Shown here: positions 23,334-34,997 of the stretch, piece after piece
How the letters are laid out: each line of letters opens with the position of its first letter
Position numbering within the stretch: the stretch's first letter is position 1
DNA from: Heptranchias perlo
Taxonomy: Eukaryota
Direction: 5' to 3'
Length of the DNA stretch: 64,000 nucleotides
NCBI RefSeq assembly: GCF_035084215.1
Contig: NC_090341.1
Coordinates: 15,810,001 to 15,874,000, forward strand
Position numbers and translations under genes: made by a program
The notes under the pieces: model-generated
Databases searched by the model: none
What the model was told of the DNA's origin: nothing
Seen by the model: only the letters and a program-made list of their open reading frames with translations

Positions 23334-23911
23334 GGTATTCTACATTGCTTAGGTAGTGTTATTTTATGATGCTCAAGTGAACATGTATGAATATTGTGCT
23401 TATGTGCAGAAAACTGGGAAAAGGCAGAGTTTAGTGTGTGTATTTTGTGATGGAGACCAAAATGTATTGAACTAGCTGTACTTATATATATTAAAAAATT
23501 ATCTTTTGGGCGAAATGGCCTTTTGTTTTTAGTACTTTATTTTCTAAAGAATTAGCTCTGCAAACACTGCTCTCTTTTAAAATTATTTATAATATTTTGG
23601 TGAGAATTTTAATATTTATAATAAAAACTGACTCTGGCTCAGGCTCCCCTAAAGCTTTTTAAATTTTAGTTTCTTTTTCAAAAATTGGATTAAATAACAA
23701 TAATGTACTTGTGTGTGGCTGGTTGATTGAAGATGTCATTCCTGGTAAAATACAAATGTTTAGCTGAAATCCTCTCAAGTCTTGGCTATATTTCCTAGTA
23801 CTACAAATCATACACTTCACTGATGGTTTTACTGAGTGCACTGATATAAAAGTACTCCATTCCCCAACTCTTTGTTCCATGCTTTAATGTTCATACAATG
23901 ACAAAAAAGAT

Positions 23912-24389
23912 ATCCTGCAAATATCTATGCAAATAATGAGGTTAAGTTGGGGAACATTGAAATTTACGGATTTGATTATGATTATACTCTTGCACAATAT
24001 TCCAATTCAGTGCACACAATGATCTTTGACACTGCACGAGAAATCCTGATTGATCAATACAAGGTAAGTTATTTTTGATTCTTTTTAAAATGATTACACT
24101 GATTTCTTCAAGCCTATTGACAGTGCTGCTAAATATTACAGTAGAACCAACATTATCCACCACAATGGAATGGATCCTGTTGGTAGATAATGGAAATTGG
24201 AGGATAATTGAGAATCTCTACATTTTAGTCTTGCACGTATGGTACTCAGGTACCCTAGCCATGGGAATAAAGGTAAGTTTAATACAAATAAGATAAATTG
24301 AATTCAATCTTTCTTTGGCTGTGAGGTTAATTTATTTTAGAAAAATTGATGTTAATGGGCTATGAAATGAGGCCACGTTTTATACAAGT
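23912..24389 (+). pseudogene. Partial duplicate of NT5DC2 exon 2 plus start of intron 2
   Basis: Identical by eye to 25411-25888 (478 bp); lacks the acceptor and first 33 nt of the exon. Confidence 0.95.
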
Positions 24390-24480
24390 ATTTTTCATCA
24401 CAATAAACAAAACTTAACTATGTGTTTCCAGTCATGTATTTTTCATCACAATAAACAAAACTTAACTATGTGTTTCCAGT
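24388..24480 (+). repeat. 45-bp tandem duplication at the duplication breakpoint
   Basis: gtatttttcatcacaataaacaaaacttaactatgtgtttccagt twice, separated by CAT. Confidence 0.95.
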
Positions 24481-25377
24481 ATATGGTCATAGGTTTACGT
24501 AGAATAGCGGTAGACTATACTGTGGCAATCTATTGCAAGCATGTGGAACCTTAGTTAACTGATTAGTAAAACAATTACAAAGAAAAATCCAATTTGTTGG
24601 TTACAGCATTTAAATCTAAAACACAAGTTTCCCTATTGTCATGGTAAGCTGTCATATTCGCTAAACTCGTCATTAAAACTGTCTGTGGAAAATCCCCAGA
24701 TATGTATTGATGCTGCCTGAAGTAATAAAGGCATATCACAGTGATATAAATATTCCAATTAATTCATACTAGCAGATCTCCCATGGCATTACTCATGGGT
24801 AATCGGGGACTTAGTTTTTGATGTTTACTGAGGTCCTGCTACAGCTTAATCATCACACCAGATTACGTATCACTGTAACGCAGCAAATTTATTAAAGCAA
24901 TATTTCACATTACTGACTTGTAAAAATCGTTTCAAAGTACCATATTTTTTTTACACGCGCTAACTTGATCCTAGCTGTATCCACTGACCTGAGGGAAGAA
25001 GGAAAATGGCGGCTGAAAACAGCATGAAGAAATTATTTGTGATTTGACTAGTTAGTTTTGTGGTACCTGCAGATTTATGAATGGTAGTTTTGTTAAAAAA
25101 ATTGAGGGACTTGATTGCTTGGTTTTCTGCTGGTTATTTTTTCTCATTGGTACTTCCTGCTACTTTTAGTTTGTTCGAATTTAGTCAATTTGATTGGCAA
25201 CTTAACATAAATGTTATTTGAGCCATCACTTTTTTTGCCCTGCAACATGTGACACTTTGGAGGTGTGACACCTGAGATCACATTTTAAGGTGCAGTGCTA
25301 TAGATGCATGCTAGATGTTTATAATCATTTATTTATAATTTTTAAAATAAATTATTAAATTGTGTTTTTTTTCCCAG

Positions 25378-25562
25378 AACTTATTCCCCCAGGAGTCTGC
25401 AACCTCCTCAATCCTGCAAATATCTATGCAAATAATGAGGTTAAGTTGGGGAACATTGAAATTTACGGATTTGATTATGATTATACTCTTGCACAATATT
25501 CCAATTCAGTGCACACAATGATCTTTGACACTGCACGAGAAATCCTGATTGATCAATACAAG
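25378..25562 (+). CDS. NT5DC2: NT5DC2 exon 2 (HAD motif I DxDxT)
   Basis: ttcccag acceptor; (E)[40 protein letters not shown]...IDQYK; donor AAG|GTAAGT. Confidence 0.95.
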
Positions 25563-26229
25563 GTAAGTTATTTTTGATTCTTTTTAAAATGATTACACTG
25601 ATTTCTTCAAGCCTATTGACAGTGCTGCTAAATATTACAGTAGAACCAACATTATCCACCACAATGGAATGGATCCTGTTGGTAGATAATGGAAATTGGA
25701 GGATAATTGAGAATCTCTACATTTTAGTCTTGCACGTATGGTACTCAGGTACCCTAGCCATGGGAATAAAGGTAAGTTTAATACAAATAAGATAAATTGA
25801 ATTCAATCTTTCTTTGGCTGTGAGGTTAATTTATTTTAGAAAAATTGATGTTAATGGGCTATGAAATGAGGCCACGTTTTATACAAGTCTTTGTTCCATG
25901 AAAAATGTCAGATAATTGGGAAGACAGATAATTGGAGTGTGGATTATTTCTTTGGAATTTAATAAACACCATCAAAAATACAAAGAGCGATAATAAATAT
26001 TGCCATTGATTTTGCTACACTTTTCATATGATTTGCATAAGTAGCACTTTTTGTGCCAGGTTTTATGACAACAGAATAATTTGCATTTATTTAGTGCCTT
26101 AAAATAGAAAAGTTCTCAAGGTGCTTCAATGAAACATAAGGAAAATGGACAATGAACCAAAGAAGGAAAGATTAGGACGGGTGGCCAAAAGTTTGGTTAG
26201 AGAGGTGATTTTAGGAGGGAAGGCAAGGG

Positions 26230-27843
26230 AGACCATAAGAGACCATAAGAGATAGGAGCAGGAGTAGGCCATTCGGCCCCTCGAGCCTGCTCCGCCATTT
26301 AATGAGATCATGGCTGATCTGATTTTTACCTCAACTCCACTTTCCCGCCCTTTCCCCATATCCTTTGACTCCCTTGCTGATCAAAAATTTGTCTAACTCA
26401 GCCTTGAATGTATTCAACGACTCAGCCTCCACAGCTTTTTGGGGTAAAGAATTCCAAAGATTCACGACCCTCTGGGAGAAGAAATTCCTCCTCATTTCTG
26501 TCTTAAACGGGTGACCCCTTATTCTGAGTCTATGCCCCCTAGTTCTAGATTCCCCCATGAGGGGTAATGTCCTCTCAGAATCTTGTATGTTTCAATAAGA
26601 TCTCCTCTCATTCTTCTAAACTCCAATGAGTATAGACCCAATCTGTTCAATCTTTCCTCATAAGACAACCCTTCCATACCCGGAATTAACCTAGTGAACC
26701 TTCTCTGAACTGCCTCCAATGCAAGTATATCCTCCCTTAAATAAGGGCACCAGAACTATAGCAGTACTCCAGGTGTGGTCTCACCAGCACCCAGTACAAT
26801 TGTAGCATGACTTCCCTGCTTTTATACTCCATCCTCCTAGAAATAAAGGCCAATATTCTGTTTGCCTTCTGGATTACCTGCTGCACCTGTATGTCGACTT
26901 TTTGTGTTTCATGTACGAGGACACCCAGATCCCTCTGTACCGCAGCACTTTGTAGTATTTCTCCATTCAAATAATATTTTGCTTTTTTATTTTTCTTCCC
27001 AAAGCAGATGACTTCACATTTTTCCACATTATATTCCATCTGCCAAATTTTGCCCATTCGCTTAACCTGTCAATATCCCTTTGCAGACACTTTGTGTCCT
27101 CATCGCAACTTGCTTTTCCACCTATCTTTGTATCATCAGCGAGTTTGGCCACAAGACACTCTATTCCTTCATCCAAGTCTTTGATATATATTGTAAATAG
27201 TTGAGGCCCGAGCACTGATCCCTGTGGCACCCCACTAGTTACAGATTGCCATTTTGAAAATGACCCTTTTATCCTGACTCTTTGTTTTCTGTTAGTTAGC
27301 CAATCCTCTATCCATGCCAGTATATTGCCCCCAACGCCATGAGCTCTTATCTTGTGGAGTAATCTTTTATGTGGCACCTTATCAAATGCCTTTTGGAAAT
27401 CCAAATATACTGCATCCATTGGTTCCCCTTTATCCGTCCTGCCCGTTACTTCCTCAAAGAACTCTAATAAATTTGTCAGACATGATTTCCCTTTCATAAA
27501 ACCATGCTGACTCTCCTTGATTGTATTATGAGTTTCCAAATATCCTGCTACTACTTCCTTTAATAATGGATTCCAGCATTTCCCAATGACAGATGTTAGG
27601 CTAAATGGTCTATAGTTACCTGCTTTCTGTCTCATTCCCTTCTTGAATAGGGGTTTCTAAGAAATAGCAAGGGAAAGAAATCTCTGGTGGGAGTAGTAAA
27701 TAGGCCCCCTAACAGTAGCTACACTGTAGGGCAAAATATAAATCAGGAAATAAGGGGGCTTGTAAAAAAGGTAATGCAATAATCATGGACGATTTTAACT
27801 TTCATTTGGATTGGACAAATCAAATTGGCAAAAATAGCCCTGA
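26230..27843 (-). mobile_element. CR1 LINE with inverted 5' segment (27657-27843 on +)
   Basis: RT ORF 26967-27635 (DFQKAFDKVPH, GVPQGSVLGP, LADD); EN-like fragment in opposite orientation at its 5' end. Confidence 0.85.
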
Positions 27844-28385
27844 GGGGAGGTGGAGAGACAGAGGGGTTTAGGGAGCAAATTCCAGTGCACAGGGCCTAGG
27901 TGGCTAAAGGCATAGTCACCAATGGTGGGGCAAATGGAACCGGGGATGTAAAAGAGATAGAAATCAGAGGAATGGGGAGATGTGGGGGGGAGGGTGCGGT
28001 TGTAGAGCTGGAAGAGTTTAGATATCGGAAGGAGTAAGGTTATGGAGGGATTTGAACATGAGATTTGAAAATTTTCAATTTGAGGCCTTGGAGGACTGGG
28101 AGCCAATGTAGGTCAATGAGCACAGGAGTGATGGGTGAGCAGGAGGAGCTGGATGCGGGTTAGGATATGAGCAGCAAAGTTCTGGATGAGCTCAAGTTTA
28201 CGGAGGGTGCAAGATTGAGGTCTGCCAGGAAAGCATTGGAATAGTCAAGACTGGAGATAGCAAAAACACAGATGAGGGTTTCAGCAGCAGGTGGGCTGAG
28301 GCAGGGGCAGAGGTGGATGATGTTATGGAGAGGATATGAGGTTGGAAACTCAACTCGGGGTGAAGGAGGATGCCGAGGTTGCAAA

Positions 28386-28581
28386 TGAGATAGCCAGGTG
28401 GTGAAGGATAGAGTACTAGAGCCTGGTCTTCAGTTGCTTCCAAGCCTTTATTCACAGAGATCAACACAACCCACATCCTAGATAAGCTCTCATAAATGGA
28501 TACAAGAGAGTCCCCAATTGATACGTTCCACCTGAATACAATTAAGACTAATTGATGTAAATCACATGAATACGATTAACA
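28386..28581 (-). mobile_element. Solo LTR (196 bp)
   Basis: TG...CA ends, AATAAA on - strand, 5-bp TSD GCAAA/GTGAA (both derivable from host GCGAA by CpG decay). Confidence 0.7.
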
Positions 28582-29364
28582 GTGAACAGTCTGGTTCAGC
28601 CTGAGAGAGTGGCTGAGGAGGTTGATTGAGTTGGTGGTGAGGTTATAGAATTTGTGGTGAGGACCAAAGACAATGGCTTCAGTCGTCCCATTGTTTACCT
28701 GGAGAAAATTACAGCTCATCCAAGACTGGATGTCAGACAAGCAGTCTGACAGCACAGAGGCAGTAGAGGAGTCTAGAGAGGTAATGGAGAGATAGAGCTG
28801 GTGTCGTCTGTGTAGATGACTATGGATGATGTCGCAAAGGGGGTAGTACGTAGAAGAGGAGGGGCCAAGGATGGATCCTTGGTGCAGGGGTGGGAAGAGA
28901 AGCCATTGCTGGAGATGCTCTGTCTCTGATCAGATTAGTGAGTGTGGAACCAAACAAATCAGCCTGAAAGTGGAATTTATGTAATTTGACTGCCTGGCAC
29001 AAAAGAAATTTGATGTGATGTATACACCAGGTTTAATGGTCTGATTTCTCTATATTTCTCTTGTACTCCAACATGACAACCATCCTTCTTGAACTGAGAG
29101 CTGGCAGACAACCAGTCCCAGTCTCTGTCATCCCTGATTGTTCAAACAAGATGGGAAATGCATGGTGGGAGAAATTGTGGAGAGAATAAGCCTCCCATTG
29201 TTCTGTGATATACCTCATTAGTGGGCTGGCGTGCTATGTTGATTTTTTAATCTGCAATAATTTTAGTAAAACACAAATTTAGGAAACTATACTGATGGTG
29301 CATTTTTAAACTGTGTTTGTGAATATAACTGATAGTTTGGTGGGTAAAAACATTATATCGTGTG

Positions 29365-29670
29365 GTACTTAGCCGCAGCGATGAGCAAGTCTTGAGTTCA
29401 ATACATGGTCTGTATTGAATTGGCTGATCTGAGCTAGGTCAACTGTGGGGTGCTACAGTTGACCTGGGCTTCCTGGACTAGGGAGGGAAAGATCACCTCG
29501 GCTTCCAGATTACCTACTGGAATGTATATGGATGTCGGGTGAGGTCACACTGGTCGTCTGTGATGGTCCCCAGAAATGAATAGCCTGCTGTAGCACAGTC
29601 TAGATTGGCACATGAAGAGTGCCAGGGAAACCCTGGTATGAGTCACCGCTTGCAGTACAGGAGGGAAGAA
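29365..29670 (+). mobile_element. Ancient SINE, AmnSINE2/Nin-domain-like
   Basis: Core gctgatct..gct...ggtgctaca.ttg.cct...ctgg.ctagggaggg shared with 59135-59500; family name from recall only. Confidence 0.55.
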
Positions 29671-29721
29671 AAAGGAAAAATGTATCTTTTGCACGTCAGT
29701 AACGCATCATTTGTACTCTGA

Positions 29722-29855
29722 TGTAAAAACAGAAAATGCTTATCCGGATGAAGGGCTTCCACTTGAAACATTAATCTGTCTTCTCTTTCAGATGCTGATA
29801 GAAGGCGCATTTCCTGGGGGTTTTCCTTCTGATTTTCAACATTTAGTTTTCTTTG
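29722..29855 (+). mobile_element. Degenerate PLE family B 3' end
   Basis: ccggatgaagggcttccacttgaaacattaa (decayed hammerhead) followed by cagatgctg...gattttcaacat tail. Confidence 0.5.
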
Positions 29856-31165
29856 TATCAGTAATTTGATATTTTTCACTGTGATTTTATTATTTTTGAA
29901 TCCCGTGCTACAATCTGAGTATTCTGTGCAATGTATTATTACATCGCTGAGCAGTGAAATTACTCATGCTTACAGTATAGAGGATAATTAATGGCTATAG
30001 GGAGCTCCCTAATGATGGTGATTTATTAGTGTCTTATTTGTTAGTAGCACAGTGCTTCCCTTGCTCAGCAGCAGCTGGCTGAAGCCAACTGATTTGGTAT
30101 GATTAATGCAGTTCATTCAGGAAACGAGTAAAGTCAGCTAGTACATAGGCTAGTAAGCACCAGATTTAGCTTGTAGCCTTGAATTATACAGCATATTTTC
30201 TTATTGAAGAGCTCAACATGAATGCTGTAATTAATAGTCAGGTCTTGAAATTCTGCTGTATGAATATATATGAATGCTTAATGCTTCTGTCAAATGAGGG
30301 ACAAAGGTATCTATAATATCGAAGCTTCAATTGTTTGCTTAGTTTGTGCCAATACCAAATCAGGTGTTGATGCTTTGGCCTAGGATTATATGCACACACT
30401 TGATTTAGGAAGACACAGTGGCAGCCATATTGGCTTTTATTGCGATGAAGTGCTGCAATGGGTAACAGTGCAAGCGATTTCTTGTAGATGGGGTTCTAAG
30501 ATTCTTTCTGTTGAATTGAATGAGGAAAATAGTACAAGTGCGGCACTGTTAGGAGATACTCAGACATTACCTCCCTTCCATTTGACATCACATTGGGTTC
30601 CACAGTATAATTGAGGCATAACACAAAACAAGATACACAAAAATGATAACTCCTGAAAAACAGAAGCAAGTGAAAAATAATAGCAGGTAATTGTTAAAGT
30701 TTATTAGTAAAGCCTAATTTATATTAATTATATAAAATATAATTTTAAGAAACATAATATGGTTAGACAGGTTTCAATACTTAGAAAAGCCTGGAGAAAT
30801 ATTAGGTTTGCCTTGAAAGAAAACATTTCAAATTCCCTTGTAACTAATAAAATCCAGTTGGAGCAATACCTTATGAGGTAATTAATGAGAATCCTACTCA
30901 TCCTGGTGCCTGGCTTAAAGAATAATGTACTTTATATATTTTTTTAAAAATGGGTCCTGTTGTATTTAAGAATAAGGTGTTACCAGTTCTCAGTCAGCTC
31001 TCAGAAGCATGCAGAACAGTGATATTTCACCTGTCTCGTCCTGCAAAACAAGTGTGCCTTCTTTCAATTACATGTGGGAGACAACAGACAAATGTTGTGC
31101 TAAATGCTGTATTTTATTTAAAACTTTTTTTGTTTACCTTGAATATTTATCCCTATTTCTTTTAG

Positions 31166-31240
31166 TACCCAGAAGGAATCAAGGAGTATGAATACCGGTC
31201 TGACTTTGCCATTAGAGGCCTCCATTATGATGTGCGGAAG
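31166..31240 (+). CDS. NT5DC2: NT5DC2 exon 3
   Basis: tttag acceptor; YPEGIKEYEYRSDFAIRGLHYDVRK; donor GTAAT. Confidence 0.95.
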
Positions 31241-31619
31241 GTAATATATAAAAAATAATTATAAACGAGGACAGTCTTCAGTAACATTTGTGTGGCAAAT
31301 CTTTATAGTCTGCTTACAAATAAATAATGCAATGTTCCAAACCAAATTACATTGTCATTTGCATGTCATATCATTGCTAATAGATTGATGCACAGCTCTA
31401 TTATCCCCCTTTTTCCACATCGCCACCCCCCAAAAAGGTCACAAATATTATTTCATGAAAACACTACCTCATTAATCTGAACAATATATATACATATTTT
31501 TTTATTGCAGTGCGGGGTGGTGAACCTTTCAAAGATTAGGAGCAGGAAAAATAATTTGTATATTCACAATTGACTTCACATCATTTGGTTCCAACTGCTT
31601 ACTTGAAATATGGATTGTA

Positions 31620-32015
31620 CCCTCTCCTGGCATTTCTCTCACTCCACTCTTTCCCTGTCTTTTTTACCCCTCTCTATTATTCTCTTTCTTTCATATTCCC
31701 TGTTCCCCTTGCTTTCATTCCATCTCAGCTTTCAGTTCTGCCCAATGCATTCTTGCATTCCCTCTTTCCTCCTCTCTCGTTCCCTCTTAGTCAATCACTT
31801 ATCTTTCATTCCTTCTGTCCCTGTCTTTCATTCACTCTTGTTCTTTCTCTCATTATTTTCATTCCTTCTATTTCTCTCATTCCTTTTGTCACACCTTCTT
31901 CTTGTCTCTCAGTCCCTCTCCACCTTCTTTTCCTTTCTGTCTCATTCCCTCTGTTCCTGCTTTATTTTTTCTTTTTGTGTATGTGCCTCTCTCTGTCTCT
32001 GTTTCTACTCTATGC
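31620..32015 (+). repeat. Polypyrimidine low-complexity tract
   Basis: ~400 bp that is strongly C/T-rich. Confidence 0.85.
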
Positions 32016-33509
32016 TTTATTCATTTGAAGTTAAAAAAGTGTAACTAACTTGTTCTCTGGAATTATGGTGGGGGCTGGGGTTCCATCTGAACTTATTGAG
32101 CAAAAGCTGTGTCTTTTGTTCTCCCTCAGTTCTTTCTCTCTTCAATCAGTGTCTGTGCTTTGTAGAACAACTCTCATGGGATCCTCAGGATCTGTGCATC
32201 GCTATTTCATTGAAAGCCTATTTAATGTCTGTGTAATCCATGTGGTTGTGAATGACCTCCATTCCATCTGCCTTGTTTTCTGTACACATTTGAAGGTTTG
32301 TGATTGTGACACTAGAAGCATCACCTCTCCCAGTTTTCCCCTTTTCTGGGATGAATGTGTGGGCAGCTGTGATTAAGCAAAGCGACATATTTCAGCCACA
32401 AAAGAGCCGTTCATAGTTTGCAAGGCACCAGTTGACCACCCCTGCTGTACTATACGAAGAAACAGTAACCTGTCTAGTAAATAAAAGTTAACCATGGGTA
32501 TTACAAATTTTGGGTCTGTATGAGATATATTTTCGGGGTCAGCATCACTGGTTGTTCGCATAAGTGTCCTCCTTGTCTCTTACCATCTAGTGAGTACCTT
32601 TAATGTTCACTATCTAGTTACATGATCGTGTTGTCCAAGGGCCATAACAGTAAGATCCCTGTGGTGTGGACTGGACCTTGTGATCTTATAAGTGCCTTGT
32701 GGGCTTCTACTATCTTCCGGAAGGCAGACTGATAATTACTCCAGTGAGATCAGGCCAACTTTAAATGAACAAATTGATTTATTTTATATGAAATACATAA
32801 CTTGAACAGTCCACCATTTTCGTAAGACAGTTTACCTATTTTGTATTGCTGCTCATAACACCGAAAATAATTACATGACCTTAGCCCTTGAAATGGGCCT
32901 AGTTTCACTTTACCAGTCAGTGTTCATTGAACTGATGGCACTAACTTGAGAAACAAGTGAGTTCTCTGCCTCCTTCTCTGTTTCAAATTCAAACTACTAC
33001 ATATAATGTTTTCTAGAAAGACATGAACAGACATAGCTGACCACTGACCCTTCCCCAGCTCTCTCTGCCAAGCATTGGCTCATAGAGCCACCAATCAAAG
33101 CTGCAGCCTTCAACTAGAAACTTCCCTAGACCTCCCCCCTATGACCCCTACATTGCCTGTATCCAGTGAAGGGAAGCCATTCTATCATTACAGGTGTGAA
33201 TGTCTCAAATGTACTAATGAACCGCATTGTCTCAAACTGATATAGTATGCGATAAACTCAGTTCTGTTAACCACTTGGTCTTCTCCCAATTAACAGGCCT
33301 AACTTCCCAGATGACTTGGGAATTAACCCTTTGTGGGCTGAATTTAACTTAATGGCAACATCCTAAAATAAATCAGCCTAAAATCCTCCTAGGCCAAATA
33401 GTCAAAAATCTCAAAACGTGGCAATAGGTTTCTACTAAAAGGTTATTAATGATAGATTAATATTGCTCAAAAGTCTAGTGCTTGAATAAATTACATTTCT
33501 TTTTGACAG

Positions 33510-33565
33510 GGATTTCTAATGAAGATTGATGCTTTCCATTATGTCCAGTTAGGAACAGTGTACAG
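33510..33565 (+). CDS. NT5DC2: NT5DC2 exon 4
   Basis: gacag acceptor; GFLMKIDAFHYVQLGTVY(R); donor GTACG. Confidence 0.95.
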
Positions 33566-34074
33566 GTACGATATTCTGTATAGTTCTATATTGTTACATG
33601 TGGTGAAGTTGGAACTGGAAAATAGACTATTATACAAGAAAAATGGCTATACCAGAACACAACGGCATTTATTCACAAAGCTTGTGCAGACTTGCAAGAA
33701 AACAATTACTTCTTGGAGAAACTCCAGCTGTTTGTCGGCAGTAATGGAAAAGTTTCATTTTGATGCATCTGTATTAAGTTTGCAACTGAAGGTCTATGTC
33801 AGGAGCGCATGAGACTTGGTAGTAAGTTTGCTCTTTCAGAACAGATTGTCCTTGTCTACCCTTATCTGCTTATTAAATCAGCAACCATATGTATTTGAAC
33901 TGCTCCTAAAAATGAAAACACTCATTCTGTATTGTACTTTGAACTAAGTCTTCAATCTCATTTCCCTCCATCTGATACAGATAACCATTGCGATCAAGAA
34001 TATTTATTGTTTGTCAATGAGATTTTATAGCCTGCTTTTTATAGGAATCTTTCCCTATCATATACAAAGCTCAT

Positions 34075-34836
34075 TGGGCTAGATATTAACTCCAAGGTGG
34101 AAAGAGAGCGGGGGGGAGGATTTGTGGATGGGAAACCCAGAAGTGAAGGTTTCCCGCAGGTCCTGCTGATTTTTACCGTAGGACCTATTTAAAATTTTTT
34201 CAACAGGTTTCTCACCCGACAGCCATTCAGATTGACAGGCCGGCTGCCTGTTGGGCGGGCGGGAAAGCAGCTGGGGAGCAATTGAGCTCTTCGGTGTTTG
34301 GATCGGGGAGACATCGGGATCTTCGAGGTTTGGATCGCGGGGGTCCGATTGCAGGAAGGAGTCGGACATTGGGGCGGTGGGGGTACGGGGGGGGGGGGAA
34401 GACAGACATGGCGGGGAGGTGGGGTAAGTCGAACATCGCGGGGGATAGAGGGGAGTTGGACATTGGGGGTCAACCAATCGCGGGTGTTTAAGCTTGGTGG
34501 GCTGGGGGTGGGAAGCTCTCCTGTTCCTCTTGGCCCATAAGCAGTGCAATAAAGACATTTAACACATGGATCCAGCCCTTCTTGCCTCCTTTCGTCTGCC
34601 GTGATTCCTGAGGCCCGGGAATCCCAGCCTGCAGCTGTTGAAAATAAAACTTTAGTTGAAATGGAGGCCCGCAGCCTCCTTAACATATTTTAGTGATCGA
34701 CCCACCTCGTGAGAGCGAATTGATCGCCCGCCCCACGACCTGCCCATGTTACAACCGGAAATGAGCGGGTTGGGGTCGGGTTTCCCCATTTTTAATTTTT
34801 AACTCCCACCCACTCTGGGGGGTTAAAATTACTCCC
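34075..34836. mobile_element. Non-autonomous TIR DNA transposon (Harbinger-like)
   Basis: GGGCTAGATATTAACTCC ... GGGGTTAAAATTACTCCC, GC-rich interior. Confidence 0.6.
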
Positions 34837-34903
34837 ATTCTGTAAAGGAAATTAAACAAGTAATTTCACGAAATGACTGAAACTAATTTTTACTTATTTG
34901 CAG

Positions 34904-34997
34904 AGGACTCAGCCCAGTACCAGATGAAGAAGTGTTTCAAATGTATGAAGGGACCCAGCATGTTCCTCTACACCAATTGAGTGATTTCTATGGCAAG
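34904..34997 (+). CDS. NT5DC2: NT5DC2 exon 5
   Basis: tgcag acceptor; [31 protein letters not shown]; donor GTAAT. Confidence 0.95.

Larger units (their letters stand above)
26075..28960 (-). mobile_element. L2 3' fragment interrupted by CR1 and a solo LTR
   Basis: Similar to 1495-2650; ORF 28160-28384 SLDYSNAFL. Confidence 0.75.

Noticed and set aside
31570-32044. 152-aa and 144-aa hydrophobic ORFs
   Set aside because: Artefact of a pyrimidine-rich low-complexity tract.
34079-34686. Proline-rich ORFs (also 45002-45442)
   Set aside because: GC-rich interiors of non-autonomous TIR elements; no recognisable domain.
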